Both the position numbers and the translations under genes were made by a program. The notes under the pieces are model-generated. The model was not told the origin of the DNA. It searched no databases and saw only the letters and a program-made list of their open reading frames with translations. A DNA stretch of 63,814 bases, counting the filler, from Octopus bimaculoides (lineage: Eukaryota): NCBI RefSeq assembly GCF_001194135.2. It is 6 parts of 6 records of this genome, joined end to end, with 100 filler letters (N's around TTAATTAATTAA, not from the genome) between each part and the next. Parts side by side here need not be neighbours in the genome. Positions count along the whole stretch, not along the records: positions 38,278 to 54,928 come from NC_069003.1; 5 more parts are not named here. One strand, written 5' to 3'. Of this stretch, positions 39,259 through 52,129 are shown one piece after another. Numbering within the stretch: position 1 is the stretch's first letter; each line of letters starts with the position of its first letter.

Positions 39259-39912
39259 TATAAACATAATTAAGGGATCAGCAACTGTTGCTTCACCACA
39301 TAGGGAAATTTAGAAATACCAGTTAAAGTGCTAAAACTCCAACAGATAGCAATACTTGTAACTCACAAAGACAAAACAAGAAGAAAAATAACGAAACTAA
39401 CCAGTCTTGGTTAATCAGAGACGCGTTTCTGGATCAGAAAGGTAAAAACCTTCATTTCCGTCATCAGTATGATATTCTAGATTATTAATTTGAAAATGCT
39501 GGCAACCATGTTTGCTCGACCAAGCGACATCGTGCATCACATACGATAAGCAACATTTCGGAATTTACATAGGCGAGTCAGTTCATATCTCTCCTCAAGA
39601 ATTCCCATGTGCGTCACAAGCAATTCCGCAGAAAATCTGCGGTTTACTATCAGGAAGTGAATAATTATTACAAATAAAAGGGTAAAGGATTATTGATTTA
39701 TTAATAAATTAATAATTAATAATTTTTACCAAGTAGTTCGGTATGTAAAAACCATTATCGATAAAGAACTTATTTAAAAGGTCTTTTAAATTTATAAACA
39801 TAATTAAGGGATCAGCAACAGTTGCTTCACCACATACCGAAATTTAGAAATAGCAGTGAAAGTGCTCACTCCCTGATAGTAAACCGCAGATTTTCTACGG
39901 TATTGCTTGTGA
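39259..39912 (-). mobile_element. Penelope-terminus-like cassette: direct repeat, inverted repeat and hammerhead
   Basis: 39259-39333 repeated at 39793-39866; 39614-39660 inverts onto 39866-39912 (44/47). Confidence 0.65.
39414..39473 (-). ncRNA. Near-intact minimal type I hammerhead ribozyme motif
   Basis: Minus strand ATCATA-CTGATGA-C-GGA(AATGAAGGTTTTTACCTTTCTGA)TCC-A-GAAA-CGC-GTC-TCTGAT; stem I 5/6, palindromic ACGCGT stem III. Confidence 0.7.
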
Positions 39913-40151
39913 NNNNNNNNNNNNNNNNNNNNNNNNNNNNNNNNNNNNNNNNNNNNNNNNNNNNNNNNNNNNNNNNNNNNNNNNNNNNNNNNNNNNNNNN
40001 NNNNNNNNNNNNNNNNNNNNNNNNNNNNNNNNNNNNNNNNNNNNNNNNNNNNNNNNNNNNNNNNNNNNNNNNNNNNNNNNNNNNNNNNNNNNNNNNNNNN
40101 NNNNNNNNNNNNNNNNNNNNNNNNNNNNNNNNNNNNNNNNNNNNNNNNNNN

Positions 40152-40204
<53 letters not shown>

Positions 40205-40601
40205 CATATACATAGACATGCACATACATTGCTTATCCATCTAATTGCTTATGTAACTCCCTCTATGCATCTATAGACGCAACTACATGTACCCTAAAAT
40301 ATTGCATACATCGCTCAACACCCACATTTATGCCAAACACAACCAACCTGCATACTTATGTAAGTAACTTAGAAATTCAATTTGAAGCTAGCGTAGCAAA
40401 AACATGCCAAACTATTTTTTTTACCTATTCTGCTTTACTGCCTCGATTAACTAAATTCCTATACTGGTGCTCCGTCTCTTAATCAGAAGCCATCCCATTC
40501 GTCTTATTTTCTTCTTGGCAGTCAGAACTCTAAAGAACTAAAGGAAAAACAATGCACGTCTGCGTACATTAACACATACATACAGAGAGACATTCATATA
40601 C

Positions 40602-40663
<62 letters not shown>

Positions 40664-41269
40664 ACGTATGTGTATATATTTTGTATGTATATACATATAT
40701 ATATATATATATAAGAATATATATATGTGCGTGTGTATTTGTATATGTATATTTGCGTATTTACATATATATATGCATTCGTATATATGTGCGCGTGTGT
40801 GTATGTGTTTGTGTTTGTGTTTGTGTGTGTGTGTGTGTGTGTGCGTGTGTGTGTATGTGTGTATGTAGCCATAATTAATTAGATATCGACTGACCTGCAT
40901 ATACACTCACTTGCCTACATTAGTAAGTATTTTATACCATACATGGCATATTTTGGGTATCAGTTTACAATTGATTAAACACAGCCTCCCTGTATCTACT
41001 CCATATTTCTGTGGTACCATTAACCCTTTGTTTTAATTATTAACTCCGAAGAAAGATAGATGAGAAATGAATAAACGGTTATCGTATGAACTTCGTTAGC
41101 TTACGCCTGCCTCGGTCACTATTAGATTCCTTGTTTGCATCTTTATGTTATTAATGCATTAAATAATATTTATCTCTCACTTGATGGAGTATTTTTTATT
41201 TGTTGTTCTTCCCTTAACGGAACCGTAAATTATATCCAAAACATTGTGAGTGGCAAAGAAATTATTACA

Positions 41270-41528
41270 TATATAATTACATACATACATACATAAATAC
41301 ATACATACATACATACATACATACGTACCTACGTACGTACGTAGATACAGACATTCATACATACGTATGTACATACATACATACATAATTACATACTAAC
41401 ATATAAACATACGTACATACATGCATATATATATATATACATACGTACATACATACATCCATACATACATAAATACATACATACATACACACATACACAC
41501 ATACATACGTACATACATACATACATTC
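41270..41528. repeat. (CATA)n microsatellite
   Basis: Directly visible. Confidence 0.95.
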
Positions 41529-41529
41529 A

Positions 41530-41990
41530 TACATTCATAAACACCAACTCAAGGAATATTGGTGGAATATTCCCATCAAAACTGTTAAATGTAAACATAA
41601 CAAGCCAGATATTGTTGTTTGGGACAGAAGGATAAAGGTATGTACCATCATAGAGGTTAGTTGCCCAGCGGATATAAATATCTCTTTGAAAATGAAAGAA
41701 AAAGAGAATATCTGTGAACAACTGCTTCTAAACCACCAGCTTCTATATCCAGGTTATGAATTCATATTCATACCAATAATAATTGGAGCACTAGGTTAGT
41801 TAGTAAATGCTTAAAGGAGAATCTGGATGAACTGGGATTTCAGAAAGGAAAATTGATCGGCTAATTCCTATATTACAAGTTCAATCTGTGAGTGGAACAG
41901 TAAAAATATGCAAGACTTTTCTCAAGTTCCAAATGTCTGTGTTAACTATGTCCCAAATATGAAGTCTTATCTTTGTTTGAAACTGGCTCC
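41530..41990 (+). mobile_element. R4/Dong-like LINE 3' fragment (restriction-like endonuclease)
   Basis: KEYWWNIPIKTVKCKHNKPDIVVWD..VCTIIEVSCPADINI..KEKEN..FIPIIIGALG: PD-(D/E)xK RLE. Confidence 0.85.
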
Positions 41991-42129
41991 CTCCTTGGTG
42001 GAAGATTTATAATAATTAAAAAATGGGAGTGACATACATACATACATACATACATACATACATACATGCATGCATGGATGCATACATACATATATACATA
42101 CATACATACATATATGTATGGTTAATCCG

Positions 42130-42830
42130 AACAGCCTTCGAATGTTGCATTGTATCACGTTGTAACCCCTATTGCGAAAAAAAAAGAAAGAAATGAGTGA
42201 AGTCCCTGCATACTCAAAAGTAAGAGCAATATTGACAAGTAACCTTTCCCGGATTGCGATAAATATGTTATATCTCACCTAGAAGGATATTCCTTCGCTA
42301 TCATGGAAGAAGAGATAGCTACTAAATACCTGATAAACAAGAGAGATAAAGATACCACCAAACCTCTATGTTCTTATAAAAGATGTCGGTTCTGTTATAC
42401 TAGAATGGACGATATCACCAACATCATCAACAGCTTCCCCCAAAATGTCTACGAGATGCTATCTACCCCTGAGGCATGTTATAGTTACAAAGGTTATTTA
42501 CAATGCTATCCACAAGAAGCATTGCCCTGACGTATACATCAAAGGCATATCAGAACCAGCAGGCGTTCACACTTTTAAAAATAAATAAAAACATTAATTC
42601 GGTGGAAACATAATAAACCTCATATTGTTCTTTTGGACAGGGAACAAAAGTCATGCACTGTTGTAGAGGTCAGCTGCCCAGTGAATGTGAATGTGTAACT
42701 AAAAGTCCAGGAAAAACAGAATATTTATGGCGAATTAATTCGGAACTCACAACTCCTGTACCCTGATTATGAATTCTCATTTGTACCTATTGTGCATTAA
42801 GTTATGTACCAACAAATTTGAACAAAAACC
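42130..42830 (+). mobile_element. Second, more decayed R4/Dong-like fragment (CCHC knuckle region plus RLE)
   Basis: HLEGYSFAIMEEEIATKYLINKRD, CRFC, KMSTRCYLPLRH, KHNKPHIV..CTVVEVSCP..QLLYPDYEF. Confidence 0.8.
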
Positions 42831-44145
42831 GCAGTTGGGTGTATGCATCGATAGTTCAATCAATACATCGATAGTTCAATCAACTATATATTCACAAACA
42901 CTGGAAATTGTCTTAACTCAAAAAGTCTTGGCACTTTGTAAGCAACCAGCTTGAACTCTCTTATGAAGAACTTAGATTAATCTGAAATAAAAATCATACT
43001 TATATGCATACATATATACATATATACGTATATACATTGACTTTCATAAATTTGTTTCTACTACTGATTTCAACAGAACTTCTGCTGCGAACATATATTT
43101 ATTTGTTGATTTGCAACAGATAGTGTGTGTGTGTGTCTGTGTGGTTGCGTATATATATATATATATATATATNNNNNNNNNNNNNNNNNNNNNNNNNNNN
43201 NNNNNNNNNNNNNNNNNNNNNNNNNNNNNNNNNNNNNNNNNNNNNNNNNNNNNNNNNNNNNNNNNNNNNNNNNNNNNNNNNNNNNNNNNNNNNNNNNNNN
43301 NNNNNNNNNNNNNNNNNNNNNNNNNNNNNNNNNNNNNNNNNNNNNNNNNNNNNNNNNNNNNNNNNNNNNNNNNNNNNNNNNNNNNNNNNNNNNNNNNNNN
43401 NNNNNNNNNNNNNNNNNNNNNNNNNNNNNNNNNNNNNNNNNNNNNNNNNNNNNNNNNNNNNNNNNNNNNNNNNNNNNNNNNNNNNNNNNNNNNNNNNNNN
43501 NNNNNNNNNNNNNNNNNNNNNNNNNNNNNNNNNNNNNNNNNNNNNNNNNNNNNNNNNNNNNNNNNNNNNNNNNNNNNNNNNNNNNNNNNNNNNNNNNNNN
43601 NNNNNNNNNNNNNNNNNNNNNNNNNNNNNNNNNNNNNNNNNNNNNNNNNNNNNNNNNNNNNNNNNNNNNNNNNNNNNNNNNNNNNNNNNNNNNNNNNNNN
43701 NNNNNNNNNNNNNNNNNNNNNNNNNNNNNNNNNNNNNNNNNNNNNNNNNNNNNNNNNNNNNNNNNNNNNNNNNNNNNNNNNNNNNNNNNNNNNNNNNNNN
43801 NNNNNNNNNNNNNNNNNNNNNNNNNNNNNNNNNNNNNNNNNNNNNNNNNNNNNNNNNNNNNNNNNNNNNNNNNNNNNNNNNNNNNNNNNNNNNNNNNNNN
43901 NNNNNNNNNNNNNNNNNNNNNNNNNNNNNNNNNNNNNNNNNNNNNNNNNNNNNNNNNNNNNNNNNNNNNNNNNNNNNNNNNNNNNNNNNNNNNNNNNNNN
44001 NNNNNNNNNNNNNNNNNNNNNNNNNNTATATATACATAAATACATACATACATATACATATATATATATGTTCATGTCTGTGTGTGTGTATGTGTGTGTG
44101 TGTGTAACAACATAATAGCAAGAACAGTAGTACAAAGAATCAAAC

Positions 44146-44180
<35 letters not shown>

Positions 44181-45024
44181 TAGAAAAATATGAGGTATGA
44201 CAGGTGTGACAACAGATGTATGATAACATCCATTTCGTAATCTTTTCGATGTAATATTGTTAATTTAACATTACAGGTTAAACTACATCGTAATGTAATT
44301 ACTAATCCAGCTGGTAGGTGAGTCCTTGCGAACGTGCCTACTGTGCTGTGAGCGATAGCAGATACTTTATTTTGAATTCTCTACTTTACGCACAGACACA
44401 CAGACACACACAAACACACTCACACTCATACACACACACACACACACACACACAGAATCTATATCAACTTCTATTTTTCCAATATGTATATATAACTGTT
44501 TTTGTTATATATATACTCACACATGTATATTCTTGCGTCATGACATGGATCTCTGTTCTGCTTCAACATCGATAAATGCTCATTTTCCTGTTTTATATCT
44601 GTTAAGAGCATCGATGTAGGTTGAATATTTCCCGCCCTTTGTTAAGGACTGGACGTGTCTAAAATATAACTTTAACTATGGCCCGGTGCTCAACATATGG
44701 TGGTCAGCGGAGAAGCCCCTGCGTTAAGCAACATTAGAAGACTTGGATGGAATATGTCCTAAAATCCCCACTTAGTGCTTTTGCTGAAGCCACAAGACGT
44801 TTACAGCCTTCATGAAACTCAGGTCTATGCTTTGTCAAAGCAATCTTGAATTTCCTTCATTGATCAGTTTTCGGCTGCATACACACATATTCGACACCAT
44901 AACGCATAAACATTTATTTTAGTCTACACACTCACAAACACAAACGTGCGCACGCACACACACATACACACACTCACAGACATACGCACAGACACACATA
45001 CACGGATAAACATACACACACGCA

Positions 45025-45074
<50 letters not shown>

Positions 45075-45820
45075 NNNNNNNNNNNNNNNNNNNNNNNNNN
45101 NNNNNNNNNNNNNNNNNNNNNNNNNNNNNNNNNNNNNNNNNNNNNNNNNNNNNNNNNNNNNNNNNNNNNNNNNNNNNNNNNNNNNNNNNNNNNNNNNNNN
45201 NNNNNNNNNNNNNNNNNNNNNNNNNNNNNNNNNNNNNNNNNNNNNNNNNNNCATTTTTCTTAATAATCAGTATAAATTAAAGAGTAACTGAAGGACCGAG
45301 AGATTCTTGCTTTGATAAGTGCACGAGGATCTTGACACTCGAAACCCATCTCTAACTTCTGTTGACTATTAACAAATAACGTATATATATTCATGTTTAT
45401 CTTTTTCGTTCTATTTTCCTGTCTACATCATGAAACTCCCCCTCACATATATATATATATATGCATATATCAAAAATAAAATTATTATTATCATTAATAT
45501 TATCAGTGGCTAACATGCATTAAAAGGTAGAGATAAAAATTATATAATTATAATGAAGGGCACTGGGAAAGTACCAGCATGCTAGAAATAGAAGTTAAAA
45601 CGACTCTAAACCATCTAAATCACTCATATGCACTGGTGAACACGATGAAATGAGCAAAAATATCCAGCGGTTCGGCATAAGAGACCGATAGAATAAGTTC
45701 CAGGCTTACAAAGAATAATTTGAGGGGTTGATTTCTTCGAATAAAAGGCGGTGCTCTAGCATGGCCACTGTCAGAATGACTGAAAGAATAAAAATATATA
45801 AATATGTGTATGTATGTTCA

Positions 45821-45907
<87 letters not shown>

Positions 45908-46599
45908 ACAGTGATTCAAAGAATCAAACAGACATGACAGGAAACCTTCCACCAAAAATTCAGAAATCATAATTGCGTGAGTTATATAGCAAAATTCAAA
46001 CAAGTGAGAGATGAAATGAAATATATATTCCATTAACTCGTGTCAAGCCAGTTAGACCAGTTAATATATATTAAATACCAATAGTTACTTCTGCACCAGT
46101 TTGCGTCACAAGTTTCCAGCAGATTTCCGTTGTAGATATTTAAGCAAAAGAAAAGATGGTAGTCCGAAAATTGTTGCGTTACGCAGACATACTGTGTCTC
46201 TTGCTGCTCGGAAACAAAAGATACCAGAAATCATATACTGAAAACGTAACTCTTAATTCTCTTTTCCGCCTCCTTTTTAGCGTGACACAATTTGTTATAT
46301 GATATTTCTTAGTCAAACATAACAAGCAATGTTTTCTCTCAATGCTGAGTGACGTGGCTATGTTCAAGATAAATCATGCGATCTTCAGATGTACACTTTT
46401 ATCTTTCTGATTCCAGATGTACTTCAAGTGTGATGTGACATACCAATGCACAAGCAGCACATATAGTGACAACTATCAGTATTCATAAAGAACATATGTT
46501 ACGCTCAGATCACAATCATAAGAGCAGCCGAAATGTCGGATAATTAACCTTAATTAAGAATATGTCCTCTGCAGTGAAAAACGGCTTGATACAATTGTA

Positions 46600-47150
46600 T
46601 TCTTAAAAAGAATCCTCTGCAAATCTAAATATGGGCAAATATATCTCCGACGTGATGCATTGGCTTAAACAGGTCCAGTGTAAAAAAATCAATGCAAATT
46701 TGTAGATTATAAATTTTACCTGGGTTTTATACCTATCATCACCTATGGTTATGCATGTTGGGTAATGAGCGAAAGAGTTTGCTTACGAATACATGTGACT
46801 GAACTGTGGTTCTTACAAATGAAGTATGAAGTAATGTTACTCGACAAGGCGCGTACATCGAAGATCAGGACCTCTACTTTTCTGTATTAAGAAGTCTCAG
46901 CTCCGGCACTAAGGATATGTGATTGGAAAGTCGAAGGAATGAATCAGAACACACCGGCAAGAGACCAAAGGCGTAGACCAAGAATGTGACGGTTGTCTGA
47001 TATGTATAGTAACAGTTCATCTCAGTTGGTTATCCAGCCGGAAGGTTTTATGACGATTGCTTCTGAGAGGGTCGCATGGAGGAGGTGCCGGACGACTCTA
47101 CTTGTACGACGACCTGCCCAAGAATAGTGAGCAGGAAAAGTGATTAATGG
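46600..47150 (+). mobile_element. Decayed RTE (Expander/Rex3-like) RT C-terminal fragment
   Basis: IPIITYGYACWVMSERVCLRIHVTELWFL, LLDKARTSKIR, SQLR, IASERVAWRR..RRP. Confidence 0.65.
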
Positions 47151-47971
47151 ATGAATGGATAATTCAGCCATCATTGACCAAATACCTTTTCAAGCAACCA
47201 TGCAGTTCAATGTTTATTCTTAATTTACAATACTAAAGACTTTATAAAAAAGTGAATTCTAACATTTGTAGAATAATTGCGTTGCTTATATGCAAAAAAT
47301 AATAATGGTGCGTGAGATCGAATGTTAAAGTGCGTGGCCAAGAGATGGGTTCATTATTAGGCTCGTGATAGTAAGGTTGTAGGATGGACTATGCGACTGT
47401 GCTGTGCGTTTTGTCGTTAGTCAAGGTACTTATTTAATGACTCTCCAATCCCGGTAGATGAAAATGTGCACCACCACCTGCAGCCGCAGCTTGGAATTAC
47501 TTCAGTCATGGACGTGCGTTCTCTTCGGGTCTTTTACTCTGTCGCTTAAACGACTTGAGAATCAGGAGTAGGTTCGGAGTATAAGAGCATAGCACCGAGG
47601 CCAACATTTCATAAACCTGGGTAGCAACTATGTGGACAACGTATCTCTGTTATCTAGGGCAATTGTCTATCGGTTGTGTTGCTGAGCATACATATGTTTT
47701 GATATACATATATAAATAGTCTAGCCAAAGCCACATCACTTTCATTGTTTCAGTTCCCTATGTTTAATCAGTCCTGCTTTTTGATCCAAGACCTATCTTG
47801 CATTACCTTGAGCTTATCGTCTTCAACTTGCTTCAGGGGTTGATAGAACGTTCCTTCAGCATTTGTAATCTATAAGTAATGCTCTTTCCCGTTTACTAAC
47901 AACACTCTCCACCATATACATATACATGCATACGTTTATACTTAAATTCATACTTACATTGTATATAAACA

Positions 47972-48029
<58 letters not shown>

Positions 48030-48793
48030 ACTATCTGTCTGTCTGTCTCTCTAAATACTTACCTACCTACCTACCTACTTATTTATTATATATAATTTCA
48101 TAGCATTTGTTTCGATGGCCCGATAACTGAAGAGNNNNNNNNNNTATATGTATATATGTATATATGTATGTATATATATACAGAGAGAGGGAGAAAGAAA
48201 GAGAGAGAGACAGATGGACTAAAATATATAATTTTAGTTTGACCAGACTTTTTCCTTTCTTACTTCCACTAAAACTCACTCTAAAATATGTATCATTTGT
48301 CTTAATTTAATCTCCTTCATAACCTTAGACTTTTCCACACACACACACAAGCATAGAAAGGCAGACACACATAAACCCGCACGCATACACACACATACAA
48401 GCACACATAGAGAGGCACATATTTTCAAACTAAAGAAAACTGATTCACTTATTTATTTATTCATATATTTATTACTGTTGCTATTAAGCTCAAAGCGACA
48501 AGCTGGCAGAAGCGGTACCGCGCCGGGCAAAGGTTGACCTTTACCTTTCGTCCATTCGGGTGGATAAAATAAGTACCAGTGGAGCATCGGGACGGACGGA
48601 GTCGGTTATGGCCCTTAACAGCAAATTTTAATCCTTTTGCCCATAATAAGAAAGGGTCATTGTCTTCATCTTCTCGTATTTATTTTCCCCACCTTCATTC
48701 TGTCCTTTAGGTATTTAAAACTTTGCCTTTCTATTGATACGCAATACCTAGTAACAACTGCTACTGCTGCTCCCCCCTCTCTCTCTCTATACA

Positions 48794-48827
<34 letters not shown>

Positions 48828-49699
48828 CATATAATGTATGTCTGTGTGTGCTTATATATATATATATATATATGTATGCATGCATATATATCTATGTGTG
48901 TATACATACATACACGTATGTATGTATGCAACCAAATACATAACGAAACACTGTAAAAGAGATCGTGCTTTACAAGTAAGCTACCAAGTATAAACCAGTC
49001 GTTTTATTATCTAATGATAATAATATTAATAATATATTATATATATATATATATATATACATATATATTATTTCCCCTTATCTCTATCCAAAGTATCATT
49101 CTCTTTTCCAACACCCGAAGATTCTCCGACGCTCTTTTCTCTCTTTCGTCTCTATAATGTTGATTTAACTTTAGAACCATTCTTCATAATTTGGTATTTC
49201 TTAAACTATTTATGTTCTTACTTCAATATCTCTTAAGCTTTCTGAGACTTTTAATCTACAGTAATCTCCCAACATAATGCAGCAACCAGAAAAAAAGGCT
49301 ACCGAAGCTAATGGCACTTTTGAAAATGGCAATAAGCACTTATATGCTGTTTATGAAATTTTATATAAACTTTTATATTATATTTATGCTTTTTGAAGAT
49401 GAGTTTATTTTAAAAGATTTAATCTAATCTTATAATTTTTGTTTTGTTCAAATGTCTTGCTGTCCATTTAGGAGCTAATACATTTTCCTTCAAATTCTGA
49501 AATTTTGAGGGAGAGCGATTGTCGATTACATCGGCCACAATACTCAAGTGATACGTATTTTATAGAGTCCAAAATGAAAGGATAAAAAATAAAGTCGACT
49601 TTGAACTCAGAACTTAAAACGGGAAGACGTCGCAAAACGTTGTGCCCGGTGTGCTATTGACTCGGCCATCACACTGCCTTAAGCAATCGTTTCAGATGT

Positions 49700-49905
49700 T
49701 GACACAAGGACCGCAGTTTGGGTGGTGGGAAGAGATAGCTGATTGCATCGATCCCAATGATCAACTGGTACATATTTTATCGATTCCGAAAGGATGAAAG
49801 GCAAAGTCAACCTCAGCGGCATTTGAACTGAGAACGCAAAGACAAGCGAAATGCCGCTAAACATTTTTTCCTGCTTATTAACGATTCTGCTTCCTGGCCA
49901 TCCTT
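49700..49905 (-). mobile_element. SINE family 1
   Basis: Reverse complement of core and head. Confidence 0.8.
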
Positions 49906-49950
49906 TAGGGGCTAATAAATTGATAATCACTATATCATAGCACAGTGAGT

Positions 49951-50100
49951 CGGTGAGCTGACTGAATCGGTAGAGTGACGGAAGAAAGGCTCAGCGGTAT
50001 TTCTTTCGTTATTTTAACGTTCTGAGGTCAGATATCGATGTGAACTTTGCCTATCATCCTTTCGGAATCGATGAAATAAGTACCAGTTGAGCACGTGGGA
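49951..50100 (+). mobile_element. SINE family 1, diverged, head-to-head with the previous copy
   Basis: GGTGAGCTGACTGAATCG...GAACTTTGCCTATCATCCTTTCGG. Confidence 0.75.
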
Positions 50101-50417
50101 GTGGTGATAGGATCGAAATTAGAAATGATAATATCAAAGTATAGTGAATATGAGCCAACGATAATGAAGAGTGGTTACACTTAAAATGTATCGTAGTATC
50201 TACGCCTAATCTCTACGGTTTTATTTCAAATCCCTCCCAGATCTTTGCCATTTTTTTCCTTTCTGCGGACGAAAACTAAAGTTTCAATTGGAGATAATTG
50301 ATTGGTGAACCTATCAGAAAATAGGCCGAGGTAGCTTATTTGTTTTCATATTTCCTGTTGTTTACTGTTGGTGACGTCCTGTACCAATATATGCAAATGT
50401 ATGTATGCATGTATGTA

Positions 50418-50463
<46 letters not shown>

Positions 50464-51282
50464 AGTCTTTTGATGCGACTCTACTCTATATTGTTTTCTC
50501 CACCATCTTTTTCTCTCCCATCCTTTTCTCTAATTCTCTTTTCTCCCCTTCACCGTTTTCTATCTGTCTGCCTGTTTGTCTGTCTCTCCCTCTTTCTCCT
50601 TTTCTCTCTCTCGTTGCTCATACGTGACCATCGTCCATCTTTCTTTTTCTCATGTGATTATCTTACTTTTCTTTCAGGACTGTCGTAAGGACTGGACGTA
50701 TTCTGTGTCTCTCTCTTCTATATTTTCTCTTGTCAAAGAAAATACTTCTCCAGCGTTCGCTATTTTACCCTCCTTCTGGTCTAACGACCATCCATGTTTA
50801 TTTTCGTTCGGTTTCCTTGTATGTCTCCACTTTCCTGTTTTTCTTCCCAACTTTGACCCTCCATAAATCCCAAATTTTGGTACTTATGGGAGCAACTGTC
50901 TTTGAAGGCTCATATTGTAGTCTATTGCTCGAAATGAGGAGTAGATAGACAGCCGACAACTGATGAAGGGTCGTTCTTTGTGTTACTTGTCCTGTTTTCT
51001 ATTTATTTGTCTCGTGGGTTGTGTATTGAACTCATTTGTTTTCGTATTTACTGTTGGTAACGTCCTGTACCCATACATGTATNNNNNNNNNNNNNNNNNN
51101 NNNNNNNNNNNNNNNNNNNNNNNNNNNNNNNNNNNNNNNNNNNNNNNNNNNNNNNNNNNNNNNNNNNNNNNNNNNNNNNNNNNNNNNNNNNNNNTATATA
51201 TTTATGTATTTATATATATGCATATATGTTATATATATTATTTATATACATACATGTACATATATGTGTGTGTGTGTATTAG

Positions 51283-52129
51283 CCCTTGTTTGATAAGAGC
51301 TGAATACGATAAAGCTTTCCTTTTCGTAAGTCCCAAGTTTCTCTGATGTTTGAAAAATTATGAAAATGTGTATCATATATGATGCATGGACTACAAAAAT
51401 GTATATCCTGTGTATGACAGGATACTGAGCGGAGGAAGCGGTTTAAGTTGGACAAACATTGTTGGTGTAGAGCGGGGCGATTTCCATACCTGGATAGTAC
51501 AATGTACGATAGATCCCCACCCCCACAGGTTATATTCTGCTGCACCCTGTGTTAATGAATTTACGCAAGGAGTAACTGTATCTTCATGTAATTAATGCTT
51601 TACTGCTTTTTTTTTTTACATTACCACCATGGTTTACACCAGTAATGAATGTGCATTTCCCGTTGAAACGCTTCTCAAGAATTATAAACCAGGAAGATTT
51701 TTGCTCCTCATCCCGTACATACATATGAAGATTTACGTGGTCAACCTTCATAGATGGAGCTCCTGTAGTGAATATAGGTATTGTTTAAACGTATTGCAGT
51801 TTAACTGGTGGATGTGAATTACAGCCAAGTGCCTTGAATGGAAGATTTTTACCACATCTTGTATATACATGTGGTCAGCATTGAGAGACGGAGGCCTGTC
51901 CATGTAAGGAATAGAGACGTAATTTAAATGTATTAAGTTGAATCCATTTGACCTGAATACGTCTCATATTTCACACCCACCTTTTTGAATCGGAGGGACA
52001 AATGGGGTAATTGAGGTCTACATACATTACATTTTATTGAGGTGTTGCACGGACAAGAAAATGGAAGCAGGTGGAAATAACATTAGTATTAATTGCCCGG
52101 CTATCTATGCAGGTCTCCAGCACAGGAAG
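51283..52129 (+). CDS. Tentative 4-exon chain of an unidentified protein (51283-51325, 51421-51528, 51680-51777, 52042-52129)
   Basis: AG/GT boundaries with matching phases 2-0-0-2-0; joined PCLIRAEYDKAFLFDTERRKRFKLDKHCWCRAGRFPYLDSTMYDRSPPPQNYKPGRFLLLIPYIHMKIYVVNLHRWSSCSEYRCCTDKKMEAGGNNISINCPAIYAGLQHRK. No family recognised; could be chance. Confidence 0.3.

Noticed and set aside
40538-40906. YI/HT/CV-repeat ORFs here and throughout
   Set aside because: Translations of (TA)n and (CA)n repeats.
41530-42570. Apparent circular permutation of a Dong element (RLE before CCHC)
   Set aside because: 42600-42830 holds a second RLE, so these are simply two tandem truncated copies.
46417-46490. MYFKCDVTYQC after a strong acceptor, reminiscent of a ZP-C end
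   Set aside because: Stop within 24 codons and no supporting neighbouring exon.
50890-50975. CGAAA...CTGATGAAGGG possible permuted hammerhead
   Set aside because: Could not form consistent stems; likely decayed repeat ends.
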